A stretch of 61,133 bases of DNA, filler included, from Sphacelaria rigidula (Eukaryota), in the NCBI GenBank assembly GCA_964200075.2. It is 6 parts of 6 records of this genome, joined end to end, with 100 filler letters (N's around TTAATTAATTAA, not from the genome) between each part and the next. Parts side by side here need not be neighbours in the genome. Positions count along the whole stretch, not along the records: positions 40,824 to 50,928 come from CAXNAA020007131.1; positions 51,029 to 61,133 come from CAXNAA020007132.1; 4 more parts are not named here. One strand, 5' to 3'. The translations under genes and the position numbers were made by a program. Below, one piece after another: positions 48,142-61,133 of this stretch. The notes under the pieces were generated by a model. That model searched no databases, was not told the DNA's origin, and saw nothing but the letters and a program-made list of their open reading frames with translations. The number at the start of each line of letters is the position of its first letter. The stretch's first letter is position 1.

Positions 48142-50928
48142 ATGCTTGTTTCAACGAGTGAGTCGTGGGACTGTCTCGTGCAGTACTACACCGTTTCTCC
48201 CACTACGGAGAAAGCCCGCCTAGAACAACAATGGACAGAACTACAGATGTCACCTGGCCAATCTTCTCTGGTGTTTCTAAACAAGGTGAATTTAATTCGC
48301 CACAAAAGGCGAGTCATCCTACGATAGGGGGGGGGTATTTGGTTGCACGAAAAAAGAGGCTCATTAGTGTGTCAGACATCCTTCCACACNNNNNAACGAC
48401 GATCTGACTCAAACTTTCGAGCAACAAATGGCCCAAAATACCTCCCCCCCCCTATCGTAGGATGACTCAGGCATCATGACGGTCATGTAATTTCGCGGTT
48501 TGATGCTAACAGGCACTATGCACGTAGGCTGTCTGCAGAATTCGAGATCCAGCGTGGAATTCTCCTTGCTATGTCAGAAATAGATACAGAGATCCTGCAC
48601 CAAACGGTGAAAACTACTCATGCTGAATTGGAACTGTCAAGGAGTAGGGTAGACTCCCCGAATGACCATGCTTTATTTACCATAGGTCATGATGCCTCCA
48701 ACAGGGACGTACGACGACGCGACGTGGGACTCGGGGGGGGGGCAGGAGAAGTAATCACTGCCAGGAATGCGGTTCGAACCGCAATGGCCATCATTCCTCA
48801 TACAGCAACCTCCATTTGCCTGACCATGAACGATCACCGAAACACAACTCGTCCACATTCTCCCCATCATCCTGTCCACGCTAATCTCACAACGGCAACC
48901 CCAACTTCAACCACAGCACAGACCTCCAACCCTCATCATGCAATGTTCGCAATTGCAATATGTGCTATGATCGGGGTGTGAATTCCCATACACGAAGTGA
49001 GGGGTGGAGTAATGTCGATCGCCGACACGGCTATCGAGATTTCAACCCAGCACATCGTTCCGCACATCACAGGGAAAACCATCCCCTCGCGATTACTCCT
49101 CCAGCAGCTCCCACGTCCTTGCGAATCATGTACAGCGATCCCAGGATTTCGTCTCCGATGACAACTTCGTCTAACGAGACGGTAATACCTTTGGTGGCGC
49201 AGGATTCGCCCATTCCGTACAACTCCCGCCTCAACACCATGCCAAGCATCACATCCATCCCCAGCAGCAGTCACACGAATATCATGGCTACTATCAGCAA
49301 TAGCCACCGCCGTTGCAGCACTATCAACAGCAACAGCAACACTGTTCTACTCCGTAATACAGCCCTCATCATCACCAATACCAATTTGCAGCTCTACCTC
49401 ACGACACATATCAGCAACATCAGCGGCCGGTAGTCCCCCCAACTACATCATCCCTGCCTGTCGATACGTCCACTGCGGAGCATTCACGACTGTTCATGGC
49501 GCGTTCTGTGCCCGCAGGTGAGTCTCGTTCTCGGCTTGGTGATTTCGATTCACGTAGGTATGATGTCCTAGGTGGTGGTACTGCATCTGGTAGAGATGGT
49601 CGTGCAAAGGAATGGCTCGTGGGGATACCAGCACTACATACCATGTTACGGGTAGTGTAGATGACGTTTTAAATCTACGACTCCTCAGGGGATGGAAAAT
49701 TTCACGATGGATGACGGGACCAGTTTCCCAGTGAAAGCAGTAGGTAGCATAAATTTGAGATTTCACGTGGGATCTTTGGATGTTCCAGTCCCCTCGAAAG
49801 ACTTCCCAGTACAGTTGGCGATGTCTACGTCGTAGAAAGCGTCAAGTTCAATCTGTTCTCCCTTCATTCATCACATGCAGGAGCGACATTATTTCGTTTC
49901 GAATTTGACTGGAGTACATTTATTCACTGAAAGATTACGATTTGGCCGCAAATCGCGAATTTAATCACAGTTAGGACGCGTCGTCCCCCGCCCGTGCAAC
50001 ATAGAGTCTGATCCCCCAAGTACTGTAGTTTCGAACCCCTTAACCACTGTATTTTCGCCCTCCAGTGTAAGGTCAGATACCCCTACTATGGCTTCGCCAA
50101 CCAGTGTACGGTCAGATACACGTACTACTGTAGAGTCAGATTTCCCTACAACTGTAGAGTCCTTACGTGCTATGGTAATATCCTTCACCGGCAGCTGCCC
50201 GGACTGTTTGCGATGAATCTGATTCCCAGAATTCTACCGTAGAATTTCCCCGGCGCATCATGCGCCCAATGTTACTGTAGCGTCTTATAGTCAGCCCCCG
50301 AGTGAGGAAAGAGATATTTTCTCCCCACAGTATTGGCTAACGCCATTATTCCCCCGAAGGCGTTGTGTCTCCCCCTCTCGGTTTCTGCTTCCGGTCCGCT
50401 TCCGCTACAAGCGTTATGTCCGACACACCAGGTGTTAGTATCCAGTCTGGTTCCCCGGAGAGTGGTGTACCTTTCGTGCGCCCTGTTCCGCGTGTACAGC
50501 TTCTGCGACCACCGCCGTTACCGCTGGACGGCAAGGGGAGTTATGGAGCGAGTACCCTCGCCGATCCGCCGGCATCCCCCCAGCCGCTGATCAACGCGGT
50601 AAAACCCGAGCCGACGCCGCCGCCGTCATTTTTACATCATATTTTCTCACCGCCGCCACGACGCATCGTCGCTCCAACATCATAACATACTGCCTCATCG
50701 CCGAACCGGCACCAACACATTTTGACCACTAATGTGCCGCCGTTACCATCATTTCCACACACCGCAGCACCGCAATACATACAGTAGTGAGAGATGCTAC
50801 GGTAGGGGTACACAAATATTTTCTGAGGTTAGAATTGTTAAGAGCCCTTAATCTAATCCAAAACACGACTTACGAAAATATGCGAGAGTACGCCGGGATT
50901 ACTATTCCAATGTGCTGGGGATATCCTG
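48142..50928 (+). mobile_element. Second, older Copia-like element: gag and protease remnants followed by low-complexity sequence
   Basis: gag-like SWDCLVQYY...EKARLEQQWTELQMSPGQS...DANRHYARRLSAEFEIQRGILL; frameshifted protease-like KEWLV/GDTSTTYHVTG near 49605-49655; no LTR seen. Confidence 0.7.
48311..48468. mobile_element. Sola-like MITE (GAG...CTC termini, 4-bp TSD AGGC) inserted in Copia gag
   Basis: TIRs GAGTCATCCTACGATAGGGGGGG / CCCCCCCTATCGTAGGATGACTC; AGGC on both sides; contains a 5-N gap, so the true length is uncertain. Confidence 0.85.
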
Positions 50929-51028
50929 NNNNNNNNNNNNNNNNNNNNNNNNNNNNNNNNNNNNNNNNNNNNTTAATTAATTAANNNNNNNNNNNNNNNN
51001 NNNNNNNNNNNNNNNNNNNNNNNNNNNN
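50929..51028. other. Artificial contig linker
   Basis: N44-TTAATTAATTAA-N44. Confidence 0.98.
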
Positions 51029-51404
51029 TAATCCTCCGGGTTCTCATCCTCAATCAAAAGCACCATCCTCAACATAGGTGATTGGCTGTTTATACGAACC
51101 CCACAAACCCCACTAGACTTTTCGGTTTTTGTCAGCGTCTATTGATCAATTTATTGTAACAAAATCAACAGAAAACGTGAAAAAAACAGTGTTGTTTATT
51201 GATCAACTCCTTGCGGCAAACTTGGCAAAAACATTTTCGCAAATATCATGACAATTTTCGAAAAATGCCCTCCGGGAGGTGGGGGGTGGGGGGTGGGGCC
51301 TACGTGTCCGAATTTCTTCTCCGCGCTGCCCCCTGGCATTATACCCAAACGACAACAAAAAGTCATGAGGGAACAGATTGAAGCTCAGGTATTTCGGCCA
51401 CACC

Positions 51405-51405
51405 G

Positions 51406-51441
<36 letters not shown>
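51405..51441 (+). repeat. (GTT)n microsatellite
   Basis: Perfect trinucleotide run. Confidence 0.95.
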
Positions 51442-51442
<1 letters not shown>

Positions 51443-53537
51443 CTTCACATGGAAAATTGTTCTGATATCTGCGCTGTACTCTGTGTAGGGCATCTGGCAC
51501 ACCACGCTTTACTCTGGGTTCATGAGCTCTCACCCATGAGCCCTACGGAAGCCAGGCACCGCAAACAGCGATTTGCATACACGTAGTTTAATGAAAATGT
51601 AGATGTGCACGATTTGCGCATTCTCCAGTGAAACACGCTCGGCAACACTTTCCTTTTCTTCATGCGGCTACTCTGTCCCACGTTCATCATTTCATCATTA
51701 TTTTAAGAATAGTATTTTGGAGTACTTTGCCACGTGTTGCCGCGTTCTGAGCGTCATCACCTTGTAATCACCGATTATTCTACTTTTATTACAATAGATA
51801 TCCATGCATAAGCATCCTTACAGGACAGGACAGGACAGTAGGCAAAGTCCTATTGACACCTCGGGGCAGTACGTAAGGGTTGTATTCGTGCAAGTAGCTA
51901 TCGTCATTCCTGCTCCCTCATCGTGTGCTAAGATACTACAGTCGGCGGGGAGCTCTTTTCAAATCTCGCAAATCTTCAGATGGCCGCGGGTCTGAATAGC
52001 CAAAACCCAATTCATCCCGCTCAAACTTCTATTTGCTGGCCAATCAATTCATTCCTATATTTCGATTGATTATTTTTATTTTTTACTGGACTTGTATATG
52101 CGATCACGAGCCCCGTTACGCAAAAAACAACCCCAGCTTTCGGCGCTCATCCAGAGGCCAAGCAGCAACTAATCAGCTACGAAGTGCAGGAAGGATCGGT
52201 GGCCTCCTCCTGAGCGCAACTATCCAGTAGACGCCTCAAACGCTGCTCCAGGGCGAGCTTGTTTCTGTCTGAGAGTTAGCAACCTTCACTCGTGAGACAA
52301 AATACTTGGTACAGCAGTACATACCATAAGTAGTACAGCGAAACGCTGAGCGCCCACACAGGGCGAACAGACTGCAGAGCGCCAGGGGCAGCCAGGCATA
52401 CAACGAACGCAGGTACACCGTTTGATTGATGCGTGGAGCTGTATTTCAGAAGAGGTAATTCTGTAGCGAGTGCATGTTGTGCTAGCGGTGACGGTGAACC
52501 TTGGCGAGTTCATGGTCATAGTCGAAAGCTAAACACGTCAGGGATGTGCTCCACTGTACCCAAATGTACTACAATATCTAGCTCTTGTTGTGTCTCTGCT
52601 GCCTCCGGTGTGGTGTGTTGTTTGATCGGTGGACGTGTGGAACAACAAAATGATATGGGGGTCAGAGCTGTTGTTTGCTATTTGTCAAACTGACTCTTAG
52701 TAGGCCATAACTCCTGTGGTTATATCAACAGTCCGATCCCGCACGGTAGAGTCCGGCACCATTGCACTAACACATTTATCGGTCAAGCATCCTTTCGCAT
52801 GTTTCACATCTGCAGTACAGGGATAGCTCACTGATATCACACATATAAGCAAGGCACTGCTTCCGGTAGAATTCTGTCTCGGACTGGTCTGTGATTGGAG
52901 CGCACAAGGTGATGCCATCGCTTACCCACAGCGCAACTGTTACACAATGCAGTACACGATGGATTTTGATCGTGGTGCTGCTCGACATGGTTTGAGGCCA
53001 GCCCAGTTGACGTGTGGCAGCGTCCTACTTTTATTCACGACATGCCCGTCAAACTTTCTCACCTGGGGACCGCCTGATCGGGAAATGTACCTGGCTGAAA
53101 ATTGCCGAAGAATAGCCCTGGTGCGGAAAAGCGGTGAGACCTAGTGGGACGGCCACCTGTGTACTACACTCTTGTCTGTAAATACTTAGTACTTTGTTCT
53201 CTCTACTAATGCTAGTGGACGTTGCTGATTGTTCTATGCTTTGCTTCGGTGCTGTTACCTTTTTCGCTCACCGTAATTGTTGGCACCACGCGCACGTGTA
53301 ACATGCGTGGTTCGTTATATATGGCTATGCTCACCGTCTCCAACCATTTCCCCCACTTCTGCTGCACCTGTCTTATGGGCTCTAGGTCAAACAAACATCG
53401 CGGCGCTTGCACAAAAACCGGCGCCGCCTAGAGGTTGAACCTTACCAAATATAAGAACAGAAGCGGCAAGAAAAAACGCCGACGTAGTGCACTCACTACA
53501 GAAATACAGGGACGGGGGACTAGTAGGCCCTCAGCTT

Positions 53538-56500
53538 ATGACTTTGCTGGACGAACAAGTCCTCCCGAACGACCAGCGTTCGCCCGTGTCTTTTCCTTCG
53601 TCTGCCTTCTCCGGGGGCAGTTCTGAGGGTGGTGGCCAGTTCGTATCGCCTCCGAGGCAATTGCCGCAGTCTCAAGCGGGCAGCAACAGTGACCACACCA
53701 TCAGCAGGAACGGCAGCTTCTCGATGCCCACGACTTACTCCGGCACAACGGACGACAACAGCAGCACCAGCAGCACCACGATCGGAGGGTCCACCCCAAC
53801 ATCTCAGCTAGTGTCACCCCCGCCTGGGCTTCCCCACAGCAGCTCCACGGCTGAGCTAGTAGCTTTGGGGCTCATTTCGACGAACGGATCATCAAGCACG
53901 AAGGACCCGCTAGGGTACGACGCCAGCGCATCAAACGGAGGCATGGTGGGCTCACCTAGCGGCGGTAATGGCAGTCTAGAAGACAGCGGTAGCGGAGGGG
54001 GAGGGCAGAGTTCTTCCGGCGGCGGCGGCGGCGGCGGAGGCGGAGACATGAGTGGCAACGTTTCCGCGGGTGCAGGAACGGGCTCCGCGGGGGGCATGGG
54101 ACTAGGGTTGAGGAACCACTCTTTGACGAACCTCGCTAACATGGTGCGCTCGCAGTCTGTGTCTTCCTTCCACACGGACCTCTTCAACAACGACGAGGGA
54201 AGCAACAGGCGAGGAGACGGCAGGATGACTGCTGCCCCCGATGGTCCGGCGTGGGGCTCGTACCCAGCGAACCTCGACAAGGCTGGCGGCAGTGGACACA
54301 CGTTCATGCTCTCCCCCGGAACCGGCCCGCTTTCTGGCTCCAGTAGGGGGGCAGGTGGTTCTCGCCCCCTACCGCCAAGCTCTAGCGGCGGTGGCGGTGG
54401 TGGTGGTGGCGGTGGCGGCGGCGGCGGCAGCGATGATCTCTCTCCCGCCCAGTTTGCCGGTAGAGGAACGGCGCCCAGACGGGAAGTAGAGCGAGGAGTG
54501 CCGGCCTGGTCATCCTCCATGAGGACGTCCCAACGCCGACAAGTAAGCGTTGCTGGGTCTGGTATGGATCACGGTGGCGTGCCAGCTGGACGTGCGGGGG
54601 GCGGAGCGCCTAGCGGGCGAGCCATGGTGCACAATCGCTCTGATACGGACCTCGTTGCTTCGTTTTCACGACTTGGATTTGGGAACAGCGGAGGCGGCAT
54701 ATCTAGGTGGAGTCCCCAGATGTCCCCGACCGCTAGTCCCCTAGGCGCTCCCCTCCTGGAAGAAGATCCTCTAGACCTGGAGCTCGAGGAGACTGGTCAC
54801 AAGTTGAGCGGTGGCGGCGATACCTTCGTGACGTCCCTGAGGTCTGGTGGCGGGCGGCGAGGCTTGGCGTCGAGCTCTGTCGAAGGCGGCGCTGGCTTGC
54901 CGCGCCATGCTTCCTACCCCTCGCTGGCCCTTTCTCGCGGCGGCTACGGGATGGACGACGTGGTTCAAGGTGCCTTCGAAGATCTCAGCGTGGGTGACGG
55001 TGCCACGGGTGGAGAAGGCGGCGGGGGCGGCAGTAGGGTGAATGGTAGAGTGACAGCAAATGCAGGAGGGTCCGGCATGTCTGCAGCCACCCCTTCTGGC
55101 CCTCTGACGAACGATAGTTTTTCCCCCGCCGCCACACAGGGCCCGTTGAACACCCTTAGTCCCGCTCATCACGCGCTCAGCCCGGCCTCTACAGCTCAGC
55201 GACCCCAAGGCCGCAGCGGACATGCCTCGAGACACCGACCCCATGGTGGAGGGGACGGCGGCAGAGGAGACAGGGGGCACTCGCACCGTCCAAACTCGCA
55301 CTCCACGTATGATCAGGGTAGGGGCGGCGGCAGTGGCGGTGGCGGCGGTGGCGTCGACGGGGTGATGATGAGCGACGGCCGCTTCGTCCCCACATCGCAG
55401 CTGATGGCCGAGGGCGGCCATCCCGGTATGATGTACCCCGACGGACCCGGTGGGTACGGGGGACCTGGCGCATACGACAGCATGGGTGGCGGTGGCGGCG
55501 GCGGGCACCAAATGGACGCTCCATGGGGCGCTCAGGACCCAGTCTCGCTGTATCAGGCGTTGCTCATGAAGCAGAGCCTGGCTGCAGCGCACGCGTCAGG
55601 CATGCGTTTCCCGTCCGGGGTGCCGGGCAACGGCATGGGGATGAATATGAACATGGCGGACATTGCCGCTTTCGCCGCTGCGCAGGCTGCGGCGGGTCGT
55701 GGGGGTGGCTACGGCGGCGGTGGCGGCGGGTACGGAGGTTACCCGGGCGGTGGGATGGACTATGGCAGGCGAGATGGCATGAGGGGAGGTGGGGGGAGCG
55801 GGGGGCGAGGAGGCATGGGGGTCGTGGATGTCGGTGTTCCTGGATATATGGTTAGTATGCCGGACGTACGGGGTGGCGGCATGATGAGCATGGGCCGCGG
55901 CGGGGGGATGTACGACATTGTGGAGGATGTGGGAGATGGAAATGTGTACCAAGTGCAGTTCAAGAGATCAACACGTAACTTTCTGTTGGGCAAGACGTGC
56001 CAGAGGGATCTGCAGGTGAGCTTAGCTGCTAAACTGAGCACGAGTGCCTTGAATTGATGATCAGATGATTGTTTGTCGCGCATTATGTTGGTAGTGATAC
56101 TTCAATCCTGCGGTGACGATCGAAAGCTTTAAAAGCGTGCACCCAAGCGCCAGCGATGCGCCCAACCATCCAGAGCATATCTCTGTAGGATACGCTGTTC
56201 CATACCGGCTGCGTGACTGTTGTTGTACGATTCGTTTTTTCCTTCGAGAGTTTGGATGGCGTGCTCCTCCAACCCGCACTGCAACACATTGAATGTACAT
56301 GCACCGTCAGAGTCGAAGATGTTGACCTCGTCGTATGCCTGGGTGCTGCGCTTTCGAGTTGATATCAAAAGTTTGCTCGGCAAACATGTTACTATGACAA
56401 CACTAGCTCTAGCGTGCGCATGTCCTCATGTCCATGGTCCGATATGTGTAGCCTGAATTCACTCAACGCCGTGGGGTACCCCTTCAAGGATTGGACGAAT

Positions 56501-59041
56501 TGATGATTCGTCCGGAAATTACTTTGTTTTAGTGTGGTTGATTCGTACGGTACGAATCAATCCTTGAGCTTTGTTTTCAGCGTTGCAACCCAGGTACGCG
56601 CAGCCCAGGCATGTGGAATGGCGCAAAAGTTGTGGAGACACCTGTTTGACCAGCGGTCGACTTTTTTCTCTCTTGATATCAATCAGGCCTGAGAAATCGT
56701 GGGTTTGGTGATTCGGATCAGCGATGATTCGTCCGAACCGTGTACCCTTTTCACAGCCTCCTTACTCCCTGCCTGCAACCATGCGGCAAGGGCCTGTCTA
56801 CCTGTCTGCTTGCCTGTTTTGTTTCTGTCGGGGCTGGTGCTACTACTGGTACTAGTGTATCTTAGCAGCCGCGTCCGCGTGGTCTAATGATACACCTGAC
56901 ATCGTTAGGCCGGGAAACAAAATCGATTTCATTGCCGCCAGATGCGTCTAGCTTGTCCTTTACTCGGGAGTATCTGACTTCCGTGGTATATTGATGGAAT
57001 GTCAGGAAGTAAGTAGTAACAGTAGTAGTCTGTTTATTGAGACGACAGTCGACGCTGTGCGGAAATGCTGATCCCACCCGTGATAGCAAGATATGACGCG
57101 TGTACCAGGGGAGAAATAGGCTTATTCCTTGAGGCAGACTAGTTGAGACTATAGTATGACTACAGTATGGATTCATTCCGAGGAAGGAGAGAGGCTGAGG
57201 TTAGAGGTCAGACGAAACAAAGGAAGGCTTGGGCATAGCGTTTTTTTACTTTCCTTGTTTTTCTCTCTTCCTTTTGTTCCTTTTCCATTATACCCCTAAC
57301 TCGAGGTTCTTCTAGCGAATGGGTTCGCTGATTCAACTCGAGGTCCATGTTGTGGTCGTGGTTTGGTTTGTGGAAGAGCAGTTAATACTCGACGATATAT
57401 GATTCGATTTATCAACGTTTCATGCGTTGCTTGCGTTCGAGGCTCTTGCTTGTTGCTGGTGCAGAGAAGTTATTGTAGGGGCCGATCAAGGGTGGCCAGG
57501 TCGTGCATGACCCAACGCATCGACCTCCGTGATGCACCGTGTGCCTCGGTCAAATCTTGTGCAGATCGATCGATGCCCACAGCCGTCGTTTCGGTGTGAC
57601 ACGGCTCCCACGGTGTGATGGCCTGTATTCCTACTTTGTGTCTCAACCCTTTGACCGCTAGCTCATGTCATGGGCTGAATTAGGATCAAAGTCACTCGGA
57701 ATAATTCTCCATGACGAGATGACCTACCCTCGCGCTCGAAGAGTTGAGTTGTTTTCCAAGTGGAAGATCCTCTGAGGCGGCTTTCCCCCCCAGGTTGGCT
57801 CCATTCAGCTGTGGTTGAAACATACCTCCTTTTCGTCAAAACCGTAACGCTAACCTTAATCCTAAGCTCGATCATGGCCAACCAAAGAACCCTGGGCAAG
57901 GGTTAGGGTTAGGAGTGTACTCTGTTCCCTAGGCAATGTGTGCCTTGTTTGGACTCAAATCTGCAAGCAGCCAAAGCAAGTACTGTGCACGCTGCGCGCA
58001 CGCTGGATAGCACTTGGAAGTGTGAATACTGTCAAGATTCGAATATTTTCGTCTGTACTAAAACCAAGAACAAGATCAACCGTCGCTCAATCCCCCCGAA
58101 CTGGAGTAAAGTCCACTGCATCACTCGGCCACCGCTTCTTATTTCTTCATCCTCGTGACGCTTCAACCTTAACAACCCTCTACCCCTTTCCGTATTGTTA
58201 TAGCTGTGTAGTGGTCTGTCGTGAGTGCCCTCAGGTGGTCTCAAAAGAAGCAACAAATCGATATCTCCCCCGATATCCTGGTGATGAAGTGAGTTCCCGC
58301 GTTTTTTAGCTTGTAGCCTAAAGGCGGCGTTGACCTGTCGATTGTCCTCTCTGCTGTTGTCTTTATCCTTGTTGTTGCCGCTTTTTTCGCTGTGTTTTCC
58401 AACGTGGCGGGCACAGGTGGGGGATTACGTGAAGGTGGAGGCTGACCGGGGGGAAGACTTGGGCATGGTGTTGCAGATCTTCCCTCTACCAGAGGCAGGC
58501 AGACCGCTCCCCGCCACTGCGGGCCAAAAGCGGGGGTTCGGACAGTTTGAAAAGGAACACATAATCCGCGCCGCTACCGAGGACGAGGTAATGCAACTTG
58601 AGAGCCCTTACGGTGTAGTCAATCCCCTGTCCGAGGATACTTTTTCCTTGTTTTCCCTGCGCTAGTTCTTGGTTCGCTCAAGTTATGATGGTGCTTATGA
58701 TGGTGCTGGGGGCGTGTACTGTAGGTGAAAGTGATGCATCCCTATTTTTTTTTTTTTTTCTGGCCTGGATCATAGAAGGCTGCGGTGCTTTTGCTTGTGT
58801 GATGTGCTTAGTAATTAAGTCTGGTATTCTGAAAAGAGAAGTTCCTCGCTGACGGCAAAACCTGTGGTTGTGTCGGTTTTTGTTGTCAGGTGCAAATGGT
58901 GAAGGACAAGCTTAGGGACGAGGAGCGCGTCCTGGAGGTATGCCGCACCAAAGTCCTCCAGCGGTCGTTGCCCATGCGAGTCATGGACGCCGAGTTCCAG
59001 TACGACCGCCATAAGTTAACGTTCTTCTTCGAGGCAGAAGG
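53538..59041 (+). CDS. PSP1 C-terminal-domain protein with long Gly/Ser-rich disordered N-terminus (partial); exons 53538-56015, 58417-58587, 58890-59041
   Basis: The spliced product reads VYQVQFKRSTRNF...DLQ|VGDYVKVEADRGEDLGMV...IIRAATEDE|VQMVKDKLRDEERVLEVCRTKVLQRSLPMRVMDAEFQYDRHKLTFFFEAEG, the hallmark PSP1 motifs. Splice sites are canonical and phase-consistent. The expected last exon (RIDFRELV-like) was not found in the contig. The start codon is tentative (acceptor at 53509). Confidence 0.92.
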
Positions 59042-60269
59042 GTGAGTGTCTTCCCTCGGTGTTGGCATCTGTGTGTGGAATTGGAGTTTTTGGCCATGAA
59101 CGAAATTTAGTATCTTGTGTTCTCCTCGAGATCAAGGAAATCGACGATGACTCTGATTGACGCACAGATCAGGGTGAGACAAAAGCCGAGCTCGCCGAGA
59201 GTTGTTGAACGACACGTGGGTCGCAGGTCACGCTCATATCGAAACGCTGGGTGACTGACGTCTTTCTAATTTTTTCGCCAGATAATCGGGGTCCCATGAG
59301 GCGGTATCAAGACTCTATTCATACGGCCTTCCTAAATATCTCAGAATACTCATGTGCAAAAGTTCAGGGTCTAACTCGAGGAATGTCGTGACCAATCGCC
59401 CGCATGTGCGTTGAAGTTTACAAGAGTACGCGGAATCCCGCTAATTACTTGATAATTGTACGCCACCACAATTGTGGTTGTGCGTTTCAGCTTGAATCGA
59501 CCGTTTGGGATTAGTTGTTCGAGTTAAGCAACGAAAGTGTGTTGAAACATCCCCTGGACTACCTCCGGACGAGTCAAATTTGAATTTTTATTTTGAAGCA
59601 ATTTGCATCGGCTTCTGGGGCTCTTCACACTGGGACCCCCGGAAGCCGGTAGAGAGCGGACGAACCTTTGAAATATTTTTCTATGATTTTTTCCCACTCG
59701 CAGCCCTTATATCTACCAAACTGCTGGGTTTGAAGACGATGGAAGCTTTTCTACGAAAGTTACGAGGGAAAATGTAGAGAGGCTTTCTGGGTCTTGGCGA
59801 TGTATCATCATCAGTAGAAACCCGACGACGCCGAAACCCCACATTACCGAAATACCACGTTTTGGTGTATAACTCGATCCCGCACAAACCGTCAAACCGT
59901 CTTCAAATCTGTTTGTTTGCGTTGGATTCTCCAGCTGATGATGGCGGTTACTAAGGTTTGATTCGTGGTGAGATTGGGTACAAATTGAGTCGGTAATTTG
60001 GGTTTCTAATTTTTGAACAATTTGAAGACCTCTGATAGGCCGAGAAACATTTTCACCGCCAGCCAGTGGGACTCAAGGAAAAATATGGCCTTGTCACACT
60101 GTTCGCTTGCTCGTGGGGGGTCGTACGATACCAAGCATGTTTCTATCGGGTCAGTTTTGCCTCCTGTATCTAGTGGGAAAAAAATGTTGGGCGTTTACCC
60201 TGAGCCAGCCCGTAGCGCGGCATAAACTCCAGGCTGTGCTCCCGGAATAAAACAGTACAGTGCATCCTT

Positions 60270-60620
60270 TATAGTTCGTTTGAAGCGCTACAGTCCATCT
60301 TCGCAGCCGGAGGACAGCTGTGGGTAGCTCCCAAAAGAGTGGCTGGATTCAAGCCAAGAAAAGCGTTTGGGTGCAGGATCATGTATAGCAATGTTTCTTT
60401 GAGATTGAGGGTCTGCTGTACTATTGAGCGTGAGAAGCGGGTAATCAATGAATGAAATAGTCTCAGCGCCAAAATGCCCCTCGGGGCTCTATACGAGGTC
60501 CAATACGCTTCCGTATTAGCTTTGCCACTGAAGCCCTCGATGTCCCTGACTAGGATATCGACGTGTAGCCGTAAGGACACGACAGCGCTACAATCCGAAA
60601 TCCGCTCGGTGTCCATCTCC
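60270..60620 (-). repeat. Decayed coding-like repeat shared with 37640-37830
   Basis: ORF 60269-60616 shares the LHVDIL.RDI.GFSGK block with contig 4. Confidence 0.7.
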
Positions 60621-61133
60621 GTTTCCGAGCCGCAAATTGCAGATCCGGCAACGGTCTGACGTTGCCGCCCCCGCGTGGTGCCGTTCGGCCTGGTGTGCCG
60701 GCAAAATGTGCACCCGTGTTCGTTGGATCTTCCGGGTCTTCGGGCCGACCAACAGGGGGGCTACACTCTTCTGGTCGTTGTGTTTCGACCTTTTTATGGC
60801 GGGGTGTAGTTTTACCGAAAATGGCTATGGTTGTGACTGCTCGGCGTATCTTGCGCTGAGACGGCGGAACGGTCATCAGTTCACAAAAAAGGGTTACCAG
60901 TTGACGGAAAAGGGACAACAAACAGTATACCAAAAAATAGTAGATATCAATTTTTAGCAGATGGCAGGGTGTACCCTCCTGTTTTGCTTACATAAAAGGG
61001 TACTCTCTCCAGGCTCTCATTTTCGGCGCGGTAGTTCAGCCCAGTAACACTTGTGAACGTGAAAAAATGGTCGGGTGTTCTGCCCAGGGTCCTTGGGCGT
61101 GGGGCTGAAGTGCTGGAACGTGTTTTCGAGGTG

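Noticed and set aside
53804..55952. Long antisense ORFs (238, 273 and 118 aa)
   Set aside because: Shadow frames of the GC-rich PSP1 gene exon.
1..61133. Functional cluster linking D27-like, coiled-coil and PSP1 genes
   Set aside because: They lie on separate, artificially joined contigs.

Overview
Eukaryotic, repeat-rich, intron-containing DNA; a brown alga or related stramenopile is my inference from the LINE/Copia/SINE content, TTAGGG-type repeats and gene style. The window is not one locus. It is six contigs (10106, 10106, 10106, 10105, 10105 and 10105 bp) joined by identical 100-nt linkers (N44-TTAATTAATTAA-N44), so nothing can be inferred across linkers. Host genes are all partial: one exon of a D27-like beta-carotene isomerase (contig 1), an unrecognised multi-exon gene with short introns (contig 3), a coiled-coil protein gene (contig 4) and a PSP1 C-terminal-domain protein with a very long Gly/RGG-rich disordered N-terminus (contig 6). 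The rest is transposon debris: two RTE-like LINEs, a young internally deleted and chimeric Copia element, a second decayed Copia, a pogo-like transposase remnant, tRNA-derived SINEs, a ~188-bp intronic satellite and many hairpin MITEs. I found no convincing new multi-gene system. The most unusual items are a TGT...ACA MITE family carrying internal telomere-like (TAACCC)n tracts, nested insertions whose removal restores ORFs, and the Copia element with two polypurine-tract/LTR ends. All calls were made by eye without database searches.
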